From: Takakia lepidozioides
Taxonomy: Eukaryota > Plantae > Bryophyta
Direction of reading: 5' to 3'
Assembly (NCBI GenBank): GCA_030704615.1
Contig: CM060731.1
Location: 78,802,001 to 78,866,000 of the forward strand
DNA length: 64,000 bases
Part shown: positions 38,031 through 50,365 of the stretch, one piece after another
Layout: each line of letters opens with the position of its first letter
Numbering within the stretch: position 1 is the first letter of the stretch
Position numbers and translations under genes: made by a program
The notes under the pieces: model-generated
The model's input: the letters and a program-made list of their open reading frames with translations, nothing else
Told to the model about the DNA's origin: nothing
The model's database searches: none

Positions 38031-38912
38031 ATGGAGGAGGAGATATGGAGCAGGCTCCCTTTCGAGTTAGTGATGGTAGTGTTGGCCTGTTTGCCATATC
38101 GAAGTCTTGTCCGCTTTAAGTCGGTTTGCAAGTTGTGGAAATCCCTCCCCTCTACTGCCAGTTTCCAACAACTCTGTCAGCAGCTCCCTCTTCACGAAGA
38201 CTCCTATGTCTTGTCTTTAGGCAGATTCTGCGAGGATGGATACTGCCAAGATGTTTGCACGTTGTATGCACCCACAACTCGACGGTGGCACAGGATTGGC
38301 CTCAAACTCCCCAAGGATAATTTACTATACAGAGTCCGTGCTGCAGATGGAGGCTTATTTTGCATAACGGACGAGGGGGATGATGACTTATGGATTGTGT
38401 ACAATCCGCTGTTGAACATTTCCAGACAATTGCCTGCCCTGCCTCACACTTCAACACATTTTTACGTGGAAAGTGTGAATTTGATTGTGGATAGATGCAC
38501 CAAGACCTACAAGGTCCTTGTGATATCAACTGACGACAAAGGACGTTGGAGAACGCACATCTATGACTCAACTTGCGAGTGTTGGACCGAGACTGGAAAC
38601 ATGCCCACGGTACTTGGTGATCGGGGTGATTGGGACTGTAGAGGAAGTGTGATATGTGGCCCTACTCTCTTTGCTTTAGTTTATAGACCGGAGCTGTCCA
38701 ATATTCAAACCAGGCTCGAGCAGGGTCAAGAGGAAAAAACATACAGCTCGGACGTGACATGTGATGTCCACCAAACTCGAATCCTCGTAGTTACAGGCAA
38801 CTCCTACCCAAGTAGGCTTAAGGCAACGATCGTGAGATCCTTTACAATTTTGAAGGTGATTGTTGTTATCTATCAGACCAGTTGTCTTTGGATGCTGGAG
38901 AGCTGCAGCTGA
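38031..38912 (+). pseudogene. Truncated F-box paralog, with chimeric C-terminus read from an antisense RLK fragment
   Basis: F-box 'WSRLPFELVMVVLACLPYRSLVRFKSVCKLW'. Colinear with 40069-41184 until 'GPTLFAL' (~38680), after which the sequence matches 24839 onward. Confidence 0.8.
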
Positions 38913-39260
38913 ACTTGACTCAAGTGAGCAATACTTTGAGATAAAATCCAGCTAGCCTGCGTGGCTCATCCTTGGGACCTGATCCGTTTTCACTTGGCCG
39001 GAGTGAACTGTCATTTTTTATATATAGTTCGCTCAATTGTACTGGGCGGAGTTTCGTATGATGTTGAATTACAGCCTTGGCTTCCACTCGAGGGCGAATG
39101 GACATCTGAGAATCTTTTCGAGCTGGGACACTACGTATGTCACACTTGCCTGAATTGGCAGCATATTATATGTAGAGTTCAAAATCAAGATTCTCCAGAT
39201 GATGGTCAGCTTAGACTTGTACTAAACATACGACCAGAAGGAGCAGTTGTGATGACGAGT
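38700..39260 (-). pseudogene. Degenerate duplicate of RLK exon 2, intron 1 and part of exon 1
   Basis: 'aatattcaaaccaggctcga', 'caccaaactcgaatcctcgtagttaca', 'ctttgagataaaatccagctagcctgc', 'gatggtcagcttaga' and 'catacgaccagaaggagcag' are shared in order with 24839-25850. Confidence 0.88.
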
Positions 39261-40068
39261 GCCAGCACACTCAGTGTTAGTGCTGATCAAAGCTTTCCAG
39301 TGGAGTTTGCAAGCACGGCATAGCAAGTCCAATTGCGGTGACTCGTCTAGGGAGACGACAGAGAAAGATCGATGGCGACGCCACGTAGTTGTGCACTGAG
39401 ATTCCTTCACGTTGCACTCTCAATTCAGTAATTAGAACTCGTTGGAATGTAGGAATGGATAGATGCAGAAGTGGCATTTCTACTCAAATTGCCCACGGTA
39501 TGTATACACCACTCCACGTAGCGCTTAGCTTGTGTATCCCAACGAGCTCTGGACAGGAGTTTTTCAACTCACTAGACATTGTAAAGTTCCATTTCATTTT
39601 CATGTTTCATTTCGCAGTGACGTACAACACATCGATATTCTTGAAAACAGGTACCCAATCAAGCTTGCTATGCATCCGAAAACAGAAGGAAAGATATTTC
39701 AAGGATCTTTAGGGTTTCTATGAACGGCTGGAAACAGCAAAAGGGACTTCAGTGGATGGCGAGCAAAGAAGGTTGAAGTAACGAAATAGCAAAGGCAAGA
39801 GCGAGGCTTTCTTTTGATAGCACAGGAATGATACCAACAATAGTCGGGCTCATGGGTATGAATTCTCATAGGCTGACTCTTTCTTTACGTTCATAGAGAA
39901 GTTCTGCTTACGAGATGTAAGCTCACTCCTTTTCTTTTGAAAATTCTTCACTCGGGGCAAGGAACACTTGTGGTGCTTCACTGGTTCATACCTTATTACC
40001 CGTCTCTTGTCCCAAGCTCCGTGTTACGATCACAAGAACACGTTAGAGAGGTTTTGTGGGTGGGCAAG

Positions 40069-41184
40069 ATGGAGGAGGAGATTTGGAGCAGGCTTCCTTT
40101 GGAGTTAGTGATGGTAGTGTTGGCCTACTTGCCATATCCAAGTCTTGTCCGCTTTAAGTCGGTGTGCAAGTTGTGGAACTCCCTCCCATCCACTGCTTCT
40201 TTCCAACAACTCTGTCAGCACCTCCCTCTTCACCAACACTCCTATCTCTTGCTTTTTGGAAGGTATGAAAGCCGAGATATTTGCGTGTTGTATGCGCCCA
40301 CAACTCGACGGTGGCACGAGATCGCCCTCAAACTCCCCTTGAAGGATAATTTAGGATACGGAGTTCGTGCTGCAGACGGAGGCTTATTTTGCACAACGGA
40401 CGATGGGCTGACTGTGTACAATCCTCTTTTGAACAGTTCCAGACAATTGCCTGCCCTGCCTCACAACAATTCAGAACATGTGGAGATGGTGAATGTGATT
40501 GTGGATAGATGCAGCAACACCGACAAAGTCCTTGTGATGTCCGACGACGACAAAGGACGTTGGAGAACATACATCTACGGCTCAGTTTGCGAGTGTTGGA
40601 CCGAGACTGGAAAGATGCCCACAGTACCCGGTATTGCGTATTGGAGAGGAAGTGTGATATGTGGCCCTACTCTCTTTGCTCTATTTTGTACATATGTCGA
40701 AGAGAAAGGCTACATGTTGATGGCTTGTGACATTGGCACGGGTGTGTGGACTAAAGTTGCTGCACGGATGCCTGAATTTGCTGTATGTGAATGCAATGAA
40801 GCTCGTCCATCCCTTGTAGAGACTGGCGGGCGCCTATTACTGGCTGGGGTTCCTGAATGTCATCATGATCCTGATCGCTTGTCAAACTCATCACTAGTAA
40901 TCTGTGTGTGGGAGTTCAAAGGTTCTACAACGAGTGCAGAGTGGCTTGAGACTGTAAGGACTGTGATTCATATAACTACTTCCTTGTACCATTTTCAGGT
41001 GGTGAGCCATGACAATCTCATATTCTGGTGCGACAGATCACATTATTATGCAAATCCAAGAGTGTTTGTGATGTATGACCTGAAGCAAGACACATGGCCA
41101 TCCCCTCAGGATTTGTTTCCACCTGAAATACCAGTTAGCATCAGCTTGGTTAGCGGGGGTCTTAGTTTAGGTGCAAAAGTCTAG
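40069..41184 (+). CDS. F-box protein with kelch-like/beta-propeller C-terminus, intronless
   Basis: MEEEIWSRLPLELV...VCKLWNSL F-box, 'AADGGLFC', 'VYNPL...LP', 'PSLVETGGRLLLAG'. ATG at 40069 is in frame with ORF 39937-41184. Confidence 0.9.
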   Translation: MEEEIWSRLPLELVMVVLAYLPYPSLVRFKSVCKLWNSLPSTASFQQLCQHLPLHQHSYLLLFGRYESRDICVLYAPTTRRWHEIALKLPLKDNLGYGVRAADGGLFCTTDDGLTVYNPLLNSSRQLPALPHNNSEHVEMVNVIVDRCSNTDKVLVMSDDDKGRWRTYIYGSVCECWTETGKMPTVPGIAYWRGSVICGPTLFALFCTYVEEKGYMLMACDIGTGVWTKVAARMPEFAVCECNEARPSLVETGGRLLLAGVPECHHDPDRLSNSSLVICVWEFKGSTTSAEWLETVRTVIHITTSLYHFQVVSHDNLIFWCDRSHYYANPRVFVMYDLKQDTWPSPQDLFPPEIPVSISLVSGGLSLGAKV

Positions 41185-42379
41185 ACAAGATTTTCTCTTA
41201 TTTTTCTTGTAGAACACATTCCACTGCAGTCCAACTTGTAAAGCTTCTTTTTCCCCTTCCCTTGTTGGGCTCTCACAGGCTTGTGCTGGGCCCCTCACTG
41301 TGGCGTGGTTACTTTTCAATTGAAAGAGATGAGTTTTTCAAAAGCTGTCCGTGAATTGTGGATGGTCGGGCAAGAGTAGAGTTGTTAACTTTGTGGTACT
41401 GTTAATTTCTAGCTCTGATCACAGGTATTCTGTCCACAGAGCTATTTGTACAAGTACTACACTCAGCTTTGAAGCATCCCTTTGAACATCTCTATTCTGT
41501 GACCCAAGAACTACGGCTGGAGTTATGGATGGCCCAACCCTTGACTCCATTCCTCAACCAGAAAGTAGCTCCAAGTAACTTAGTTGTGGCTATCACTGAG
41601 TTTTTCTATATGCGGGAACGCCCATGTGCAGAACAAAACACAAAATGCTTCAATACTCGAGAAATTGAGTGCAGCCTGCAAATTGTTGAAGTGATAAAGT
41701 TGGGTTTTCCCTTGGTGGATGTGTGTACCTACTTTCCCTGAAAGAAACCATACGAAGCATTGTTCAGGCTATGGAGCCCAACTTTCCATCCTTTGTACAG
41801 TTACCTCATGTCAGTTTGTAAATAAAGCTTTACAGGGTTTCATCAACAAAAGGAAAGCTGAAGTTAGTGATTGTCTATGGTCAGCATCACAGAGCAAGTC
41901 AGAGAAACCCCGGTTGATGTTGCTTGAATTCATTTCCTGCACAATTGTCTCCGCATTAGAGAAGCGTCCTTGCAAAAATACCAGCTTTGATAATGTTCTG
42001 CTTTAACCTTTTTGCCTTTAAGCTCTCAGTGTGGCATGCTAGAACTTTGAGCTCCACAAAAACCAATTTGCATTACTCCAAAAAGCGACTAAGAATATAC
42101 AAGAGACTGAGAGCAAGGAACTTGACCTATCAGTCAAGGCAACTTGCACAACTACAAGTTGCTGCTGGAAGAAGTTGGCTGTGTGATAGAAGATAATGCT
42201 CTAGAAAAACTCATGAAAAGTTGCAAGAAGTTAGCTTAACCTAGAAAGATGACCAGAACACAAAAAGAAAGCAGACCAAAACCAATCACCGCTGCCACTG
42301 ATATGTTGGAGCAGTATTTGGTTTTGTAGAGAGGAGGAGAGAGATTGATAACGAGAAGAGCGACGGGGGTGCGTGAGCT

Positions 42380-45300
42380 ATGGAGTGCTTGATGGCCTGC
42401 TGCCCTCCCTTAGTATATGCACCTCCAAAATCTCAACCCAGATGTTTGAATGTTAGTGTGAGCCCTGTTTTGCCTTCTCCCTTTGTCTCCGCTTATTCAC
42501 TTCCACCGCTTCGTCAGCCTCATGGTAAAGCTCCCAGGAGCAGTGCTGAAAGGGGAATCGGTGGATCACATTTCTTGCTGGGGAGTGCAGGATTAGGGTT
42601 TAAAGCTTCATCTGCAAGGCCGGGGGTGGTCGCAAGTTGTAGTATTTCTGGGGAGGATGTGCAGCAAGTAAATTTGGATGAGCTTGCACAATGGCTGAGA
42701 GAGCAGGGCTTTCCGGAGCAGGTATGAGGCAATTTACAAGTGCTAAAGAAACCAATCAGAAGCCAGCTGCTGTATCTCGCAAGTTTTTTATGTCAATTGT
42801 GTGCATTACAAGCAGTCAGCGTGACTGTACTGGGTTCGATTTCTGGATTGACCCACCTCGCCCCGTTAAATGAGCTCGACATGTTTGGTAGTTCTTATGG
42901 AGGAATAGAGATGGTTGGAAGACTAACGGAACTTCTCTGCAGAATGCGACGATGAAATTTTTTGGAGAGGAGGGGATTGGAGTGGCTGCAGGCCGTGATC
43001 TCCGGGTACTGTTCTTCTCTAGACCACAACTCGATTCCATACTCCTGCGTTTTCGCTGGGTACTTTAAGTCTGCGTTCTTTAGTGTTTTGGGGCTGAACC
43101 TCTCCATTTGTTGTCTCTTCCATCTCTCGTTCCAGTTCAATAGTCAATACGAACAGACAGAGCAGAGATGCAATGACCGTCACGATTATCTACAATGTAA
43201 AGACAAGAGTTTTGCAGAAGCGTAGATGGTAGAAGAAACTGAATGAGGCATTTGCGAACTTCAAGGCAGGCAGGCGAAATTGCGATTAGAGTGCCGGAGC
43301 AATACACGGTGACGGGTGTCGACGTTGCCAATCACCCTGTCATAGCAGCACCTGCAGCAGGTCTGTATCATTTCAACTCTGTGCATTGTATGCTTGAGAT
43401 ATTGTTGATTATTTTTCTCTCTTATAATGGGAGTGATTAGTGAGCTGAGGACAGGCTTTACTCAATTCATATGTGAAAATGAATTTTCTCTCGCTTTCTG
43501 AATGCTTACAGTGATGGGATAATGTGGATGGGGCTTGCCAGGCAGGGGGGACTTGATAGGGCTTACACTATGGTTAATCTATGAACGAGCACAAGCAAAG
43601 GCATCTGTATGGGGCCCATTTCTCAAGACTTTGCCACAAACCACATTGAGTCCACTCTTATGGACCACAGAGGAACAAGAGCAACTTCTCAAGGGCTCAC
43701 CTGCCCTAGGTGAGTCTTCTGTAATAATGAACTAAGATCATGATCTTACCTTTTTTTGTTCTCTGCATAAACTTTGGTCTCATGGCATTCGGTTTGCATC
43801 TAGAAATTCAACATCTACGCATAAAGGAAGGTTGATTGTCAGTCCCACTTTTCAGAGGGTTCTTGACTGCGAGGCTTTTTTTTTGCAGGGTGGAAAATGG
43901 GAATTAACCCTTTACACCCAAGGGTTAGAACACCTTGGAGAGGAAACCGGCTTAATCTACTGTTGTTTCAATGCTATACTTCTGAGCTTCATATTTGCTT
44001 TGTGATGATGCGGTCTTGTGCAGAGGAAGTCAAGCAGCGCAATATGGCTTTAGAGGGAGAATTTGAAGAGCTACAGACTTACTTTGGGAAGGATCCGGAG
44101 GTGCATGTTCGCTGGGCCCTTGCCCTCCTGAGAGAGCTCTACGAAGGCGCATTTGGTATATTTTGCTATATGGGATGTGAGTGTTTGTCTTTGGACAGTA
44201 TTTTGAGTGATGCAGACCTTCACCCAAAGACCACCTCCCAAATTTTAGTGCTACATTGCTCATGTACATTTTTTTCCTTGGACAGGTATTTCCTCTGGAA
44301 AGCTTCTCTCTGGAGGCATTCAAGACCGCTTTTGCGGTCATAACATCTCGAGCTATATATTTGCCAGCTGCTGACCTATTTGCACTAGTAAGTCATATCT
44401 GCTGTCACACTTCTGTTTTAGACCAGGTAGACTACATCTCAGCATGGCACTGTTGCGAGGGACAGAATTTGAGCACTTTTAAAGAGTGGTCCTGTTGGGG
44501 CTAGACCCTGCCTAGACCCTGTTGGGGCTACAGTCTGCGGGAATGCAAATATATCACAGTTCATGAATACCTGTTGAGAAGTCACTGCACTTGTGATTTG
44601 TAATTGATCAATGGTGCACTGTAGTAACCTTGAGAGTGACACAAATGGTTGTATGATTATGATTACACTTATTGAATGAGGCTTCATGCTTGGAGGTGTG
44701 GGTGGCCACTGAGTCATATCATACATCAATGTATGTGGACAGGTGCCATATGCTGATGCAGTGAATCATGGCAGAGACTGCCAAGCATACCTAGACTACA
44801 GTATGGAGGATCAATCGGTAAGGCTACAATCTGATAATGGTAGATGCCATCTCACTATCCACGGCTTACCCTTAGGAGACTTGCTCTCTGTGCGTGTAGT
44901 AGATTCTGAAGCAGGCGATGCGATTTTAGATTTCATTGGAACACGACGTGATTGCTGCTCATCTTTTGGTCTGTTGCATTGAGATGTGCCAAGATTGTAT
45001 TTTTCTGGGATGGTAACCCTTTGCTCATTAAAATGTAGGATATGGAAGGACTTGAAGTTTGGAGCCAAGAACTTGTCAGATTGATTGCTGTGTTGTACAG
45101 TTTTCGTTTTTTATTTGTTTTCTATTTGTACAGTTGATAATGAAATGCTTCACAACGTTTGACCATAAATTATTGTTTGGCATTGTGGTTTAGTCCTAGG
45201 CAGCCACCCAGATTGTAATGTCTGCAATGTAAGACCTAGTTGCCTGGCAGATTTTGGGTTGCTGTTGGATGCAACTGATAAGAAGTGAGCCCTCCTATGA

Positions 45301-48300
45301 CGATGAGTTTTTCACTTCAGGATAAAAGTAATCAGTTTTTAAAATCTGTCTCTTTTTGGCTTGAACTAATGTGCAGTATGCAAACCTGGAAGATATGCCG
45401 AGGTTTGCAGTTGGATCTACTTAGAGACTGTCATCGACTTTACCTTATTAAATGCTGAGCTTTGAGGCAGTGATGGCATGGCATGACAGGTAGTTCTCAA
45501 AGTGGACCGCAACTATAAGGCGGGCCAGCAGGTGTTTGTGTCGTATGGTCAGGATCGACCCAACTCTGATCTTCTCATCAGGTGTTTCACAGAGTCCAAA
45601 GATGCATCTTACATGTGCATGTTATTGTCTATAATAGGGAGAGAAGGACAGAGACACATGCCGTAGACATTTATTGCACCTCCCCAATTTGAGTCTTGAT
45701 GAGTGTCTATGGGCCATGTCCTTTGTGCATGATTAGCAAATGGTACTCCTGATGTAAGCAGCTTGGAGACAGGGCACTGGATGACAGTCGCCCAGGATTG
45801 TTGTACACAACTCAATTTTGTTGCAAGTCAAGTGCCTCATCACGAGGAATCAACCCAACTCTCTCATCTTATCAAGTCTCGGTAGAGTCTTTATGCCCTC
45901 TAATGACACCCCGACAGAGACCACCTATGCAGTCCTCCCATGCCTCGTGAAATGAAGTTGACGTGGACCTGAAGTGGCATGCTGGTTTGTTGTCATCATT
46001 GCAGCTATGGATTTGTTGACGAGAGCAATTCGAATGATTTTGTTGAACTTGAGGTGATGATCCAATCTTGGTTGTTTACTTCTTGCCTGCAAGTCCAGTC
46101 TTTGACATAGGGTCTCAGTCCATGTTTCATTCTAGGAGCTGCTCGTATTCACTATGACCTTCTATGTTTGCACTCTTGAAATATGTCTCAGTAAGGTCAT
46201 GTGGGATCAAGGGAAAGATGTGGAGAGTGGTCCATAACTTGTATGCTCACACCAAAAGTTGTGTCACTGTTAATGGACAGAAGTCTAACTTCTTTGACAT
46301 AGAGCAAGGTGTAGCTCAAGGATGTACCCTCTCCCCTCTGCTCTTCAATGTTTTCATCAATCAACTCCTCGAGGATGTGGAAAGTGAGGGATTTGGGTTA
46401 AGGGTGGGTGATGCCACCATACCAACCCTTATGTTTGCGGATGACTTTGCAGGCATAGGGGAGACTCCTTCCAATCTCCAGGAGTTGATTGATTGTGCGA
46501 AGAGATACTTTGACCTTTTGGGCGCTAGAGGCTAACGCCAGTAAATGTGCAGTGGTTGCATTCAACAACCGAGGGGAGGGAGGAGGTGATCTCAAGTGGC
46601 AGTGGGGAAGCCAAGAGATTCCGGTCCTCCCTTCCTACACATACCTTGGCGTTGAGTTTTCCTCCAACTGTGATTGGGATGCACATATTCCCAAAGTTGT
46701 TCAAACTGGCAAGCGCAAAGCGCTGGGTCTCACTAAATTCTTCCACTGCAGAGGGATCAACTCAGGGGTCAAAAAAACCATGCTTTGTCGTGTTGTTAGA
46801 CCTGGTACGCATCTGCAAGATGGGTTGATAACTCCAACCAGGCTAAGTCTCTAGAATCCATTCGTGGGGGTGCTTAAGGAGTGCATGTCAGCATGCTCCA
46901 AAACAGCCAATGTGGCTGTTCGGGGCGAGATGAATTCAAGGTCAGATGGTGGGGTGCTGCAACATATGTCCAACATCAGATATCCTAAGCTAATCGACTC
47001 TATATTTTGGAAGCAGGATCGCTCTGTCAAACAGGCTAAGTCCTGGCGGAAGAGAGTAGAAGAAATTCTCAATGATCGGAATCTTAGCCCGCAAGTCTTG
47101 ACCCTGCTGGATAAATCTGGCTTAGAAGCTGTAGTGTCCAAAGCCATGTCTGTTGCCAGGAAATTGTCTGATGAAAATGAAGTTAGGCAGAAAACTTCCC
47201 TGAGCTTGTTTCCAGTCTGTGACATGGGGGAGGACATCATGGATGACCTCAAGGGTCTACCCACTTTCGGCACTAGACTGAAATTTAAACTCAGGGTGGG
47301 AAGCCTACCTTTGAACAGCAAACAGAAGCAGAGAGGAAAGGGAGAGTGCAATTGCCCGTTGTGTGGGCAACCTGAAGAGAAGATTCATTTTCTGATTCAT
47401 TGTCCAGGGTTCTCTCACCAGAGAGGCGCTCTCTTCCAATCTATCAAGGGAATTGCGCCTGTACCTCTGTTTACCAACTTTAAAAGTCTCGAGGCTGAGC
47501 CAAAAGCCCCGGCCCTTTTTGGGGCCTAGTTATTGGGCAAACCTATCACAGCAGGTTGATGCTTGTGTAAAGGGAGTTCTAGAGGATATCTGGAAAACCC
47601 GGATCAATTGTTTATTCCAAGGTAAGTCTTACTACTGGCGTCAGCCCCTGACAAATCTGTCCCTTTGTGTTCTGCTCAAACTGGACGCGGGGTCAATGGC
47701 CACAAGGCTACGGCAAACAATGTCTTATGAGTACCTCAGTAAGGTACTTTTTCTTCTCTCTTGTTGTACAGGTGGCCTTAGCTGCGGGAGATCGATTGCA
47801 AGCCTTAAAGATGCAGATACTGCAGCAAGCGGGTTTTGGATCTCCACAGACTTTCCCACTTTTTTTGGACCGTTTTCCAACCCAGGTAAGCTTGCTATAT
47901 TGGATGAAGTTTGGTCCCCAAGTTTGAAGTGGGAGACAAATATAGAGAGAGAGAGAGAGATTGTACTCATAAGACGTTGTTTGCCGTAGCCTTGTGGCCA
48001 TTGAGAGAGATTGTACTCATAAAACATTGTCTGCCGTAGCCTTGTGGCCATTGACCCCGCGCCCAGTTTGAGCGGGAAGCCATTGAGAGAGATTGTACTC
48101 ATAAGACGTTGTTTGCCGTAGCCTTGTGGCCATTGACCCCGCGCCCAGTTTGAGCGGGAACAAAAGGGACAGAACCTACCTCTGTCAGGGGCTGACGTTG
48201 GTAGTAAGACTTACCTCCATATATAGAATTAATCCGGGTTTTCCAGATATCCTCTAGAAATCCCTTCACACAAGCATCAATCTGCTGTGTGTGATTTGCC

Positions 48301-50365
48301 CAAAAACTAGGCCTCAGGAGGGCCTGGGCTTTTGGCTCAGCCTCGAGACTTTCAAAGTTGGTAAACAGGGGTACAGGCACAATACCCTTAATAGATTTGA
48401 AGAGAGGTCTCTTTGGTGAGAGAACCCCGGACAGTGTATCAGAAAATGAATACTGTCTTTAGATTGCCCACACAACAGGCAATTGCACTCTCCCTTTCCT
48501 CTCTGCTTCTGTTTGCTGTTCAAAGGTAGGCTTCCTGCCCTGAGTTTAAATTTCAGTCTAGTGCCGAGAGTGGGTAGACCCTTGAGGTCATCCAAGATGT
48601 CCTCCCCCATGTCACAGACTGGCCTGAGAGAGAGAGACAGAGAGAGAGACCGACTGTGTGGGGGCGTGATCAAGGTGTCTTTGTGCAAAGCTAAAACCTA
48701 CAAATCGAGCTAAATTTGTATGTGACTAGATGCTCTTCGGTATGGGCTGACTGTTGTTGAAATGGCAGCTATTGACATACATGCGGCTGGCAAGGCTACA
48801 AGATCCGGCCCTTTTTCCCAAGATATTGTTTGAAAAGGATGTCATGCTTGACCAGGTTTAAACTGCTTCCCCAACCACCTGTTGAATAGTCAAAGTGAAC
48901 AAACCTTTGTTGGAAACTTGTGGACAAACACATTCTGGCACTGTTCCACCTCTCCTTAAGAACATATTCTTCCATCGTTGTGATGACATTGCAAGTGCTG
49001 TAGACTGGTTTGGAACTCTTATGTTCAGGGCATCCCATTTTTTCCAAGCAAATTATAGCATGTTTGGCATTGCTTCTCGTGTGTGGGGAAAAGTATACCA
49101 ACACCTGAAAACCTGTTATTGGATATTGCACGCAGGCCAATGAGTACGAAGTTCTAATGATTCTTATGGGTGAGTGTCGCACCAGGCTTAGCAGTTATGA
49201 AGGCAATGTTGATGATGAACTGCGCCTTTTAAGAAACAAGGTAATTGACTCTCTCTCATTAGCATTTCTTGGCAGCGCTGAGTGAGAAAACTACGCTTAT
49301 TAGGTGAAATGAGATCTGTAAGACTCCCAACCTAGAACCTCCGAATACTGGAGCTCTGGCAGATTCGGTAATCTTTTGCCTAACTGCTCAGTGACACGGG
49401 CTTTGTGCTGGTATGGTACAAAGAAAGTGAGAGAGAGGTGCAACATGGAGGTCCGTCGGCTCTTGCTGAGTAAGTCTGTTCCTGTCAAGCTCTGAAAAGG
49501 TCTCCCAACACCCTGGCTTTGAGGCTGTAGGTGTGCTGGAGAGAGGTCGTCTCTCGAGTTCTTGTGGTGTGCAGCCAAACTTATAACATCCACATCATTG
49601 GCCATAAACCCTACCCACTTTGGGCAGAGCAGAAAAGAGGAGAAGGAGAAGGAGGTGCTTTGGGAAAAAGTAGGCTAGCGTATCTTGACATGATAAAGGA
49701 ACTGACGATATGTTTCAGACCTTTTTAATTTGCAAACATTTGTATTCATGTTACAGAAGCTGTCATAGAGCTCATACCGCAAAAGGGGGCAGTACCTGCA
49801 CGGGGAAGAGACTCTTACTTATGCTAACTTTGGTTGGCGTCATCTCTCTATCTCTACAGAAGCTGTCCTCGAGAGAGAAAGTTGCATCCCAGCTGCGGTT
49901 ATGTGAAAAAAGAATACTGACTGAAACTATGGCTGCTCTACGCAACCGATTGGCGCCAATCCGAGGCATCCCCGCGAAGGGGGGTGGCTTGAAGGTAGGT
50001 CCAGTCATCTTCAAGCCTACACCTCTTTCTTGATAATGCATTTTCTTGAAGTGAGTGATTGTAATCCAGGAGAATCTGGTCAGTGGGGAGGAGAGGTTAG
50101 AGAGATGCTACTCATTCAAATGACTTCAGTAAGAGGAATCGTGGTTGAATCGTCAATAGTTTGATGGTGTCACTATTTGGCAGCCTTCTCCTGGAGCTCA
50201 AGTTTTAGAACCTGGTTTTGAGTGTCAGAGTATCCCCATGAGTTAATAATTTCATGGTTTCTCTGAATACAGGACCCAAACTCGGACATCAAAGAGATGT
50301 TTGATATGGTGGAGCAGGTTGCTTCAGCCCCACGCAAGTTTTTGGATAACATATTTCAAAAATAA
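42380..50365 (+). CDS. SET-domain lysine methyltransferase, Rubisco-LSMT-like, probably plastid-targeted, 14 exons
   Basis: Phase-consistent GT-AG exons: 42380-42721, 42943-43005 (GIGVAAGRD), 43270-43360, 43542-43709 (SVWGPFLKTLP), 44024-44100, 44286-44387 (AFAVITSRA), 44743-44817 (PYADAVNH), 45490-45581 (GQQVFVSYG), 46005-46053 (YGFV), 47772-47885, 48769-48855, 49136-49240, 49860-49994, 50273-50365. Confidence 0.9.
46164..47733 (+). mobile_element. LINE family A (RTE/RTEX-like), 5'-truncated, in LSMT-like intron 9
   Basis: RT motifs 'QGVAQGCTLSPLLFNVFIN', 'LMFADDF', 'YTYLGVEF', and C-terminal 'CPLC..HFLIHCP'. 3' end is 'ggccacaaggctacggcaaacaatgtcttatgagtac'. Confidence 0.9.
47944..48622 (-). 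mobile_element. LINE family A 3' copy (inverted) with two extra tandem 3'-end units and a (TC)n tail, in intron 10
   Basis: 48092-48622 is the reverse complement of 47212-47733. Terminal unit 'ttgtactcataa...gccttgtggccattga' recurs at 47961, 48011 and 48092. Confidence 0.9.
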
